Source of the DNA: Isurus oxyrinchus
Taxonomy: Eukaryota
Assembly (NCBI GenBank): GCA_026770705.1
Contig: JANJGN010000041.1
Location: forward strand, 1,798,001 to 1,862,000
Reading direction: 5' to 3'
DNA: 64,000 bases
Position numbers and translations under genes: made by a program. The notes beneath the pieces are model-generated. The model worked only from the letters and a program-made list of their open reading frames with translations, was not told the origin of the DNA and did no database searches. Positions 52,330 to 64,000 of the stretch are shown here, one piece after another (the first letter of the stretch is position 1; each line of letters opens with the position of its first letter).

Positions 52330-55300
52330 TAAGAGCGGATCTTTCATCAAACCTTGATGGGCCAATTTGTGAGGAGCTGGGAAACGGCAAATGGATCAGA
52401 TATCAGTGGGAGTTGTTTATAGGCCACCAAACATTTGTGTCACATTAAATATCAGGAAATTCGATCTGGATGTAACATGGTTAAAGCAGGAAAATGGGAA
52501 ACTTCGATTTACAAAGAGACAATGATTTACCAAATCAGCACTCATAACCTGGAAGAGGAATTCATTGAATGTATGTGTGACTGGTGTCAGCACAAATACG
52601 TTAAAGAGCCAACTAGGGATCGACCTAGACAGGATTTAGTGCTAAGCCATGAGAAAGGTTCAATGGATGTCCGTGCTTTCAGGGATTCTTTGGGAAATAA
52701 TGACGATAACGTGATAACATTTTGCAAAAACGTATTACATCGGTATGCTCTACTCTAAAGCTCGGTTCTCAAATCTGACTAAAGGAAATTATGAATGAAA
52801 GAGAGGCAAGTTGGCTATGGTGCATTGTCAAAGTATAGCAAAAGGTTTGTCAGTAGACAGGCAATGGCGAGTATTTAAGGAAAGGATGCTGTGTCTACAT
52901 CAGACATGCATTCATCGAAAGCTCAAGCACTCACAGGGAAAGATACGCATGGATTGTAAACAAATGAATTTAAATATTGCATTACATGAAATGAAATAAT
53001 TTATCGCGGTACATGAAAGACATGGTAAATCTGAGGGTTGGGGGAAATTTGGAACCCAGCAAAGGAGGACTAAGAAATAGATTTAGAAATGGGAAGAGAA
53101 TGGATTACTATCCAGCGAGGAATGTAAAGAACAAATCTGGGCACTTTACATGTGGGTACAGAAATATTTATCGTGGAGAAAAGGGAAACAGCATAGCAAC
53201 GAAAACGTAACTTTTAGCTTATCATCACCAAAGAACATACAGAATATTTCCAAGATAAGCTAGGCAACCAAGTGACTTGTGAAACAGGGGTGTAAAAAGA
53301 AATAAATAGTATTAGTGAAGAAGGTAGTACTTGAAATGTGAACTTGGATTGACGATTACATAATTGGCTGGATTAGAATTGCTTCATCTCATGAGTTCCG
53401 AAGGAGGAGTCTAAAGAAACGTTGGATGCATTGGTTGTTTTCTTGCAAAATTCTGTAGCTTCTGGAAAGTCTCCAGCTGAATGCAAAGTATCGGATGTTG
53501 AATCACTATTTCAGAATGGAACCAACGGGACGAGATGCAATTGCAGACATGTTAGTTTGACTTAACTGGTATGGAAAATGTCATAATGTATTAGTACGAT
53601 GCGGTAACTGGGTATTTAGTAAAAACTGGTAAGATTGCGCAGTGTCAACAAGGGTATATGAAAAGGCAATCATGTTAGACAGAAAATTTAACAACTCCCT
53701 GCATAAGGAGGCTCCAAAAATATCCACATTTACCATGCTGCGAGGGTCCAGCTCATCAAAGGAAAATATAAAGATGAAGCATTCGCTAAAGTATTCCTCT
53801 AGAGGTGCCAAGTGGATGACCCATCTTGGCCTCCTCCGTAGGTTCCCCAGAGCACAGATGATAATCTTCAGCCAAGTGCCTACACTCTCCTTGATATCAG
53901 AGAGCTGCTGAACCTGTGGATACTGCAAGACTTTGGGCACCAATAATCTTCCAGCAATTGTACTGAATGCTTGTGAACCCGATAGTGCCCTCTGCAATAC
54001 CCATGCTTCAACAGTACAGATTCAACATTGGCACATACCCATATATGTGAAATATCGCGAAGGGACCTGATACAGAAAACCAATCACAAACCCAGCCCGT
54101 TCACTAACAGTTGCATCAGCTTCCATTTCATCATCAGGAAAGTAATGGAAGGGTGCATCAAGGGGCATCTGATCATCATTACTCTTCTCACTGAGGCTCA
54201 GTTTGTGTTCCACAAGGTGCAGTCTGTTCCCAACAGCATCACAGCCATTGACCAAACATGGAGACAAGAGCTGAACTCCAGATGTGACGTGACATTGGCC
54301 ACACTTAATATCAAGTCAGTATGTGATCAGAAGTATCATCAAGGCGAACTCAAATAACAGCAGTCAATGCAAATCATCGGAAAAACTCGCCGTCGGATGG
54401 AATCATATCTGGCACAGATGAATATGGTAGTGATAGTTGAAGGTCATTCATCTCAGTTCAAGGATGTCACTGCAAGAGATGCTCAGTATTGTGCCTAGTC
54501 CTCAGCACCTTCAGCCGCTTCATCTGTCACCTTTCTTCCCCCATACGCTCAGAAGTGGGGATGTTCGATGACGATTGCTCAATGGAAAGAACATTTGCAA
54601 CTCCTCAAATACTGAGCCGTCCATGCCCACATATAGGAAAGTCTGGACATTGTCCAGGCTTGGGGAGAGAAGTGTCAAGTAAGGTTCACCTCACATACGT
54701 ACTAAACAATGTTTATCTCCAAAAAATTTTCTAACCATCGTCCCTTGGCATTCAACGAAATTATGATTTCCAAAACCCCGCTATCATGATCCTCAGAATA
54801 ACCATTGACTGGTAACTGAACTGGCCAACCAGTCAAATACTGTGGCTACAGGAGCAGGCCAGAGGCTAGGAAATCTTTGGTGAGTAACTCACCAGCTGAC
54901 TCCCCAATGCTTGGCCACCGTCTACAATACACAACGCAGGAGTTCCCAGATAAATGCTGCTCCAATAGCCCTCAGGAACCTCAAAACCATCCACCACAAA
55001 GCTTGATTGGCAGCCCGTCAATAATCACGCGCTCCCTCCATCACTGACGAACAGCAGCGGCAGTTTGCACCAGCTAAAATATTTTCCTCAGTTGCACTCT
55101 CCACTCTTCCTCGTACAGTACATCCCAAATCCACAACAGCTGTCATCTGGAAGGACAGGAACAGCAGGCACATGGAACACCAGCGCTGCAAGTTTTCCTC
55201 CCCACCACTCACCATCCTGGCTTGGGACTATCGCCGTTCCTTCATTGTCGCTTGGTCAGACCCTGGAACTACCTCCCTAACTGAACTGTGGGTTTATGTG

Positions 55301-55420
55301 CATCACATACACAGCCATGGCACAAGAATGTAGCTCCCCACCAACTTCTCAAGGGTACGAAGGACGAGCAGTAAGTGGCTGCCTAGGCTGCAATGCCATC
55401 CTCCCTTAAAGAAGAATAAC
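52330..55420 (+). mobile_element. CR1 fragment followed by family B LINE RT fragment (paralog of 3620-7490)
   Basis: GVVYRPPN, EEEFIEC..YVKEPTR, IIRKVMEG, RSEVGMFDDDC. Confidence 0.8.
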
Positions 55421-56040
55421 GATATAGACGTGCTAATGAGGCAACAATGCTCACATTGTTTCACCATGCTCACCATCATTATGTATATCTCTGCAGCCTT
55501 TCTGTTCTCCCCTCAGCTTACCTTTCTGCATAGGTCTATATCATCAGCAAAGGTAATTACATATTTCTTTGTTTCTTCTATCGCTTCATTAAGATTGATT
55601 TTAAGAGCCATTCAGCAACTTTCAGCCTTTTACACAGGAACAGAAAAAGGTCATTCTGAGCATCGGGCATTTTTGTATTGAAATGGAGTAGGTATTCAAT
55701 GCCTCGAGCCAGTTTCACAGAATTAGAGGAAGGCTATTAAGTCCTTCTTGTGTTTGTTACAAATGAGCAGGAGGAAGCATTCAGCATTATTCGATCCTAT
55801 GACACAGGGAAAGTGAGAAACACGATTCATGCTATTTTCGACCCTGAAAGAGGGGAGCAGGGGGACATTTTGCACCCACAGACTGTTGCCGTGGAAAAGT
55901 GGGGACTGACTGTATGGAAGCAATTAGCAGGGCGTTGGAATGCTGAACACAGGCACTAATGGATCACAGAAGTTTGGATAATAATGCTTCTCTTGTAGTA
56001 TTGCAAATGTTGCCGTTTATCAATGTTAATGTTTTCTTTA

Positions 56041-58530
56041 ACAAAAATAAACACACCTGAAAATACTCTGCTGGACTGGCAACTTCTGCGGAGAGGAAGA
56101 CAATTAACGTTTCGAGTCCATAGGACTCTTCAACAGACCTAAGTAAAAATAGTAGAGAAGTGAAATATAAGCTGGTTTAAGGCGGGGGTGGGGGGGGGGG
56201 GGCGGTGGCCAGTCGAAATGGATGGATGGCCAGTGACAGGTGGAGATAGCCAAAAGATGGCATAGAGAAAAGTACAAAAAGGTGTTGGCGGTGGTGGTAT
56301 AATCTAAGGAATCTGCAAATTATGGGTAGAAAGCAGAAGAAGCAGGGTACAAATAGTGGGGGTAGGGAGGGGTGAAGGAATCAAAAAAGGCCAAAAGGTA
56401 GAGATAAAAGAATAGGTGGAAATACATTTAAAAATACTGGAAATAGGTGGTAAACTAAAAGTCTATTTAAATTATTGGAAAAAGGGGGTGGATCGGAAAG
56501 GGCTGGTGTTGGTAGAGAGAGTTCATGACCTGAAATTGGTGATCTCAATATTCAGCGGAAGGCTGTAAAGTGCCTACTCCGATGATGAGGTGCTGTTCCT
56601 CCAGTTCACTGGCCCTAACCGCCTCCACTTCACCATGGACGTTCAATCACTCAACACATCCATTCCCCACCGGGATGGCCTGATGGCTTTCCAATTCTTC
56701 CTCGAACAGAGGCCCGAACAATATCCATCCACAAGTACTCTCCTCCGTCTATTTGAATTTGTTCTGACACAGAACAATTTCTCCTTATACTCCTCTCACT
56801 TCCTGCAATTAAAAGTTGTGGCTATGGGTAACCACATGGGTCCTAGCTATTCCTGTCTTCTTTTGGGGTATGTGGAACATTCATGGTTCTAGTCCTACTC
56901 TGGCCACTTCCCAAAACTTTTTCTCTGGTACATCGATGATGACTTCGGTGCTGCTTCATGCTCTCGCCTGGACTTGGGAAAAAAAATATTAAATATGCTT
57001 GCAATTAACACCCCTCCATCATTTTCACATGGTCAATCTCGGACACTTCCCTCCGAATCCTTGACCTCCCTGTCTCAGTTTCTGGTGTTTCACTGTACAC
57101 CAATATCCATTATAAGCCTACCGACTCCCACTGCTACCTTGACTACAGTTCCTTACACCCCGCTTCCTTTAAGAGATCCATCGCCGTCTGTCAGTTCTTT
57201 CACCACCATCGCATCTGTTTTGATCATGTCACTTTCAGAAACATTTCCTCTGACATGTCCTTCTTCTTCCTTAAGCGAGGATTTCCACCCATGGTGGTAA
57301 AAAGGGCACTCAACCGTGCCCAGCCCATCTCCCGTGCATCCGGCCTCACATTTTCCTCTCTGTCCCAGATACATGATAGTGTCACCCTTGTCCTCACTTA
57401 TCAACCCAACAGCCTTCGCGTTCAGAGTATCATGCTCGGCCATTTCCGCTAACTCCAACATGATGCCAGCACCAAACACATCTTCTCTTTACCTCGCCCG
57501 CCGGCATTCCAGAGGGATCATTCCCTCTTTGGCACTCTGGTCCACTCCTCCTTGGCCTCCTAAATCACAGCCCCTCCAATGGCACCTTCCCATGGAACTG
57601 CAGAAATTGCAACACCTGCCAATTTACTTCCCCTCTCCTCACCGCCCAAGAGCCAAAACACTCCTTTCAAGTGAAGCAGCATTTCACTTGCACTTGCCTC
57701 AATTTGGTCCACTCCATTCATTGCTCCCAATGCGTTTCCACTACATTGGAGAGACCAAGCACAGACTGGGTGACTGCATTGAACAACAACTTTGGTCTGT
57801 CTGCACGCATTACCCAGACCTCCCTGTCGCATGGCATTTCAACACTCCACCCTGCTCTCATGCCCACATGTGCGTCCATGGCCTGCTGCATTGTTCCAAT
57901 GAAGCTCACCACAAACTGAAGGAACAGCACCTCATCTTCCGACTGGGCACTTTACAGCCTTCCGGACTGAATATTGAGTTCAACAACTTTAGATCATGAA
58001 CTGTCTCCTCCATCCCCACCCACTTTCTGATCCACTCGCACGCTTTTTTTCCAGTAAGATTTACACCTATTTCCTTCATTTTTAAATTTATTTCTATCCA
58101 TTGTGTTATCTCTACCTTTTAGTCCTTTTCGATTCTCTCACCCCACGCAAACCCCTTTCGAGCTATCTGTACCTTGCTTCTCTTGCTATCCAACGTTAAA
58201 CAACGCATTCTGTATATAATATCATCACCTCCAACACATCTTTGTCCTCTTGTCTATAACATCATTTGAATATCTGCACAAATCAGTGGCCCTCTATCCA
58301 GACCTACCTGTCCCAGCGCCTCATACCACCCCCCACACCCACCCACCCCCGCCGCCCCTCCACCCCCCATATAACCAGCTTATATTTCACCTCTCTTCTA
58401 TTTATCTTAGTTCTGTTGAAGAGTCATACAGACTCGAACTGTTAACTATGTTCCTCTCCGCAGATGCTGCCTGATCTGCTAGATTTTATTTTTGTTTTGA
58501 ATTTCCAGCATCCGCAGTTTTTTTTCTTTA
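56041..58530 (+). mobile_element. Penelope-like retroelement: inverted 3'-end copy (56041-~56607), then RT, GIY-YIG endonuclease and 3' region
   Basis: FTMDVQSLNTSIPH, VAMGNHMGPSY, WYIDD (~56930), YIGETKHRLGD, HLIFRLGTLQPSGLNIEFNNF. Absent from the paralogous site near 8545. Confidence 0.92.
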
Positions 58531-58769
58531 CCATAATGATTTTTTTATTGTTGTTGGTTTTCATGACATGAAAGTAACCATGTGGAAGCTGTGATGGGTA
58601 TCTCTGGCACATGCAACCATGAGGATTGAGGGATGTATGGTGCTGAAGTGAAGTTGTCAGATGATAACAGGGGATATTGCAAACACTGCCCAATATCGGT
58701 TTAGGTATTTACACTATATGACAAGAATCACAAGAAGAAATGTCTGCCGTTTATGGTCCAGGAACGGAT

Positions 58770-60950
58770 CAAGGGTGATTTCAATTTACATTTAAACTGG
58801 AAAAATCAGCTTAGTAGTAGAAGGATGGAAGACTAATACAAAGAATGCCTCTGATGTATATTTGGTATTTTGCATTTAAAAAGTATTAATTAATGGCCCC
58901 AGAGTAAAGGCACTCCTCGGTAGCAGCGTTTAAAATATAATTAAAATTTACCTCCAGTTTGAAATGGAAAAGAATATGCCTAAGACTAGTATTTTAAGCT
59001 TAATTATGGGCATCTATGTGGGCATGAATGCTGAGCGAGCTGAAGCAAACGGGGATATTAGATTAGTGGACATCTCAAAGGAGCAGCAGTGGCTGACAGT
59101 TAATGAGGCATTTCAGAATAGTCGGAATAAGTACATCTCTGCAGTAAAGGAAGATTATTAAGGGATAACTCAAAAAGTAAGGGAAATCATCGAGCTGATG
59201 GAAAACAAAATAGACCGTGCAATGTTTGCGGCCAGGTTAGATGATTGGCCAGATTAAAAGGAGCATCAAAGAATAACTAAATGGTTACCAGGAATGAGAA
59301 ATTAGTGTATGAGGGGAAACTAGGTAGAAATGTAAAACGGATGTTTTTGAAAGGAAAAGAGTAAGTAAAGGGAGTGATATTCCCATTCTGATTTTTAAAA
59401 AAGAGGCAATATTAGCTAATAAGGAAATGACGGATAAAATTAAGGTATATGTTCCTTTTCTACTCAGCACACAAGTAGCACAAATGTTCTAGTAATAGTT
59501 GTAAAGCAAGAGCAGAAAGGGAGAGCGAGACTTGGTGAAATTGCAATCACTAGGAAAGAGCTCCTGAACAAACTGACGGATCTGCAGGCAGAAGCGTCTC
59601 AGTGTCCTCAGAAACATTATCCTCGGATCTTAAAAGAGAGGGCTAATGAGGTAAGAGATGCATTGGTGTGAAAAATTCAATATTCTCTCGTTTCTGGAAA
59701 CGTTCCATTCCGCTTGGAGCGCGTTAAACCTCAATATTCACGAAGGAAGGGATATGGAAAACAGGAAAAAATGGGCCAGTTAGCTTGACACCTGCCTTGG
59801 GGATGGTGTTAGAAGCGATCAGGCAGGAGGTTATAGCTGGGCACTTAGAGATAATCAAGGTAATCGGGAAGAATATCCATGGTATTGTGAAAGGGAAATC
59901 TGGTTTAACCATTTAATTGGAGTTTCTGGAATGATTGACGTGGGTTGTGGACAAATGGGGATGCTTTTGCATGCGCTGTATTTCGGATATTCGGAAGGCA
60001 TTTGATAAGATGTCGCATCAAAGTTTATTTTAGATGTAAAATGCTCATGGCCTATGGGTTAACTTATTATCATGGACAGAAGATTGGTTAGCTGGCAGAT
60101 AACAAAGACAAGCGAGCGTATTGTGGTAAAATGGGAATGTTTCACTCTGGCAGGGTCAATGTAAATAACATTTGGTGATACCTAACCTGAGAAAGGCTGC
60201 AGGATTCCGAACTGCAGAGGGATCAAGCTGGTCAAAGGCATGACTCGGAAAAAGTGGCCATGCAGGGATGCATTGTAATTCAGATGGGTAATTAATTGTT
60301 ATGCTTTTTTGTGAGGGTAATTGAACATAAAAGTGAGGGTGTTATGCTTCGCTTAAACACGTCATTGGTGAAGTCTGGAATATTGTTTGTAGTTTTGATT
60401 TCCATGTTTATGGAAGGATGTCAATGCATGGAGACACATCAGAGAAGGCTTACTAGGTTGTCGCCTGGAGTGAATGGAATGTCTTGTGAGGAAAGGTTAG
60501 GAAGATCGAATTTGCCTGCAGAGCATTTTACAGGAGCAATGGGTGAAATCATTGAAGGTAATGCGAACCTGAAAGCTTTTGACAAGGCGGTGGGAAAACA
60601 TCTTTCATGTTTTGGGTGAGCCCTGAATTAGGAGGCATCTATTTAAAAAAGGTTTTGTCCTTTCAGGACACAGTTTATGAGTTTGTGCTTTATTCTGTTT
60701 GTTTCTCCTCGAGGTTTATCTGACTTTGGAACTCTCTGCCTTAGAAGGCGGGGGAGGAACGATCACTGAATATTGATAAGATGGAGGTCAATATATTAGT
60801 GCAAGGAAAATGAATCAAAGCTTATGGGGTTGGTTGGGAATTTGGATCTCGAAACAAACAGATTATCCATGAACTATATGAATGGTGGAGAAGTTTCGAT
60901 GGGCCAAATAGCATATTTCTGCTCACATCATCGCTTTTTGTATGTTTGTA
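58770..60950 (+). mobile_element. CR1 LINE ORF2/3' tail (paralog of 8980-11030)
   Basis: KGDFNLH, GPVSLT, HGIVKGKSGLT, DIRKAFDKMSH. Confidence 0.85.
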
Positions 60951-62054
60951 ATCGTGACGACATTGATGAATTTGATAGCAACAATATAAACATTAAATTT
61001 TAGATGTTGCCAGAGCGAAAGAGGTCAGTGAGCACAATGGGGATGCTTAATGCGGATTTGTGAGAGTTCGGATATAGGCAGCACAGTTTTAGATGTGTTT
61101 TGATCATTCAGATTTGTAACTGGTGTTGCCAGGAAAACAATTAGAAAAGTTGAGCCTGGATTTCACAAAAGGACAGGTGAGGCTTTGAGCAGCAGATGAT
61201 CTGGAGTAGAAGTTCTGGTATAATGTGGAGGATCGAGTGAAAAGCACTGGGTGACGTGATAATGTGGAGGCGCTTGTCAGTCATAGCCAAGTGGATCACA
61301 GAGGTTGTGACCTATCTGTTTCATCATCAGATGTTGGCCAGACACTGGTCTATGTATGCATATTGATTAGAAATGATAAAAATGTCCGCCATCTTCACAT
61401 TCTTGAGCATCACGGAAGGTAATGCAATGAGTCATGGATTTCAGACATAGCATCTGGATAGAATGTTTTGACAGGAAGTACGCCAAAGCAATGATTGGAG
61501 AGTGAGTTAACGAGATTATCAGTAAGTTAGGAATGGGATTTCGAGTTAACAACTGAACGCAGAGATGCAGGGAAAAAAGACAAAACAGGGCAGATTAAAT
61601 GGCTACAAGAGTGACAGCGTCAAACATCGTTCATATAATTACTTCCTGAGTAGGGTTTCTTACTGGGGCACAAACAATAGCCACGATGGCAAATACATCT
61701 ACTAAAACAGTAGTCCGAAATGGATCCACTTGGCTTAGTTATCGACGAATCATCTGCAGAAATAACGTTGAAAGTGTAAGATAATCCACTGTCCCTTGTT
61801 TGTACATTTCGCTCTATTGTTCCAACATCGACTGCATTGTCTTAACATTCGAACCAATTGATCTCAGATTCTGATCCACTTCTGCAACATTCAATTTGAT
61901 TGTTCTCAGATTCAAACCCATTGTTGTAACATTTCAATCTATTGATCTCAGATTCAGATTTGTTCAGGCAAATTGGGTAAATGTTGCTAGAAAATGGAAA
62001 TTCTACGGCAAAGTGGAATCCCACTGGCTTCCGTGGAATGCCGCTGCAGGCCTG

Positions 62055-62124
62055 TCATCATCAGCAGAGTGGTGAGTATCACCAGCTTCACATGGGAGGC
62101 GGGGATTCAAATCACTGACGCGGC
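62055..62124 (+). pseudogene. tRNA-Asp-derived pseudogene (paralog of 12173-12244), very decayed
   Basis: tcatcatcagcagagtggtgagtatc..tcacatgggaggcgggg.ttc..tgacg in flanks paralogous to copy A. Confidence 0.65.
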
Positions 62125-64000
62125 AAAAAGCCATTATTCAAATTGTGCGCCCCAGAAGGCATGCTCACCATTTTTATTAGCAAATGTGTTTTCATTTCCT
62201 GATGAATATCGACCTAAAGGGCACATCCTCATCAATCCGGACAGAAGGCAGATTTGCAAATATACATCATGAGGAAAGATGTTGGAAAAATTAGAATGTC
62301 AAAAGCCCCTGTTGGCAAACGGCCCTTTACCCCATCGTGCTGCCAGCCTCCATCTTGTAGATGTCGCAACATTTACCGAAAATAACTCATCCCAAAGTAT
62401 ATCGACGGCACGTCATAAAAAAAAACATGCTTTTGAATCGAGAACTGCATAAGCCTCAACAGGCATTACGCTAATCGCTGAGGCTGAAGTACTTCACATC
62501 CCACCCCCGATTGAGCATCCAGGGCTAACTGACCACGACACCTTCCAGGCAGGAACACAGCTCCACATCGCCTGTACCAGATGCTGCTGCAACCTGAAGT
62601 AGGCTTGTGATGGCCAGAGTGTCATTCGACATGTAGGCAGTGCGTTATCAGGAGCTCCAAACTGGCAAACGCAGTAAACAAATATCATTTGAAGGCACGC
62701 AAATTCCCATTACTTTCAATCAATAGGAAAAGTAAAATCATATTTCAAAAGATACTCATTCAATCGCACTCCGCCCTTCTTTCACGTTATTCCTGACTTT
62801 GTACATTCATTATAGCATGTGCACACTTCCCTTGAGAACATAAAAATTCAAGCCGAAAAAAAAGCAGCAACCTTGCATGTAGTCTCCTCAAAAGGCCAAG
62901 ATAATCATGCGTAAAAAACAAAGTTTCGCCAAAAATCTCATCAAATCTTTGCTGCCTGAATACTCACTCTACTTCAACTGAAGTTCTGACCATGAAAATG
63001 TGCCTGGATTTTGAACGCCGCTCTATAACCTCTCCAGAATACACTGTGCTTGATGCTTTAATAAACTATTGGATTTCAGCTTTGCCAGCAGCACGAGTCA
63101 TACATGGCTTGTTCCTCCCAAAAAACAGGGTCTGTCCCAAGTGTGACACACAGAGGTCAAAAATGAAAGCTGAGTGAGAATACCGGTCAATTTTCACAGA
63201 AACCCAAATTTTAGGAAAGAAATAAACGGGCCTGAAAGTCTTTGTGGAAAGAAAGAAATGCTTTACTTTCCGAGTCCGTGGGGCACTTTTTCAAAACTTT
63301 CATATGTCAATTTTGTTCGATCATGTTTGCATATGTAGGCTGTCTTCACTACATTTCTGCGCTCCTCTTTAGGCACTTAACATTCAGTTCTGAAATGAAA
63401 ACAGCCTTGTGGAAATCCGATCCAATAGTCTCGTATACCACTGCATCAAAACACGCTCTCCACATGTACCTCTGCTCCCCTGTCCACATCCCCTTCTTCT
63501 GGTCCACACTTCTGCAACAAATAGCGTTCAAGAAATTTGGCATTTTTAACGCTTCGATCACGTGCCGTGTTTTATGTCTGTGCTGAAAGCTGACCGTGAG
63601 AAGTCAACATATTTTGTTCCATTTTTCATGGCGCCGCTAGCGTCCATGGATCCTGCAGCTGCACTAAGCCTTTATCTCTGAAGAGTGACCGAGAAGGATT
63701 TAAAATGCAGAGCGACAAGTGGTGATTGGAAACATTGCTTCTGACAGGTTTGCTTATGTTACTGAGTGAAAATGAATAAAGAAACGTCTTTCTTTACCGC
63801 TTACATGTGAAGTTTTAAATTCGACACACTACATGGTTTGTGTGGATTATAGAAATAGAGCGGGGAGCGTGGCTGCAGGTGATTGGCGTCTGAATCAAAT
63901 GGACCACTGGAAATCCTTGCGAATTCTTTGAAAGACTGTGCGAGTGACAAAATGAGGTAAACAGCCGAGGAAGATGGACCTGTGCCTTTGGGCAACGGGA

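Larger units (their letters stand above)
48161..64000 (+). repeat. Segmental/tandem duplication, copy B (paralogous to 1-14082)
   Basis: Collinear match throughout, apart from copy-specific insertions and one inversion. Confidence 0.95.

Overview
Repeat-dense vertebrate genomic DNA. The repeat families and the receptor type suggest a cartilaginous fish (shark/ray); that assignment is inference. The only intact protein-coding gene I can support is a two-exon rhodopsin-class orphan GPCR of the GPR139/GPR142-like type. Its 70-nt first coding exon (38316-38385, missed by the ORF track) splices in phase 1 across a 7.9-kb intron to exon 2 (46305-47242), giving 335 aa. Positions 1-~14080 are repeated, diverged and collinear, at 48161-64000. 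This implies an old ~48-kb tandem duplication unit carrying one receptor gene, possibly a receptor array. The rest is decayed mobile DNA: CR1, a second CR1/L2-superclade LINE, L2, RTE, a Deu-domain SINE, hAT, a Gmr1-type Gypsy, and Penelope-like elements carrying hammerhead-like motifs with an unusual core. There are also three tRNA-Asp(GTC) pseudogenes in a decayed ~2.1-kb repeat, three arrays of a 51-bp minisatellite derived from CR1 coding sequence, microsatellites and four assembly gaps. All alignments were made by eye and TE boundaries are approximate.
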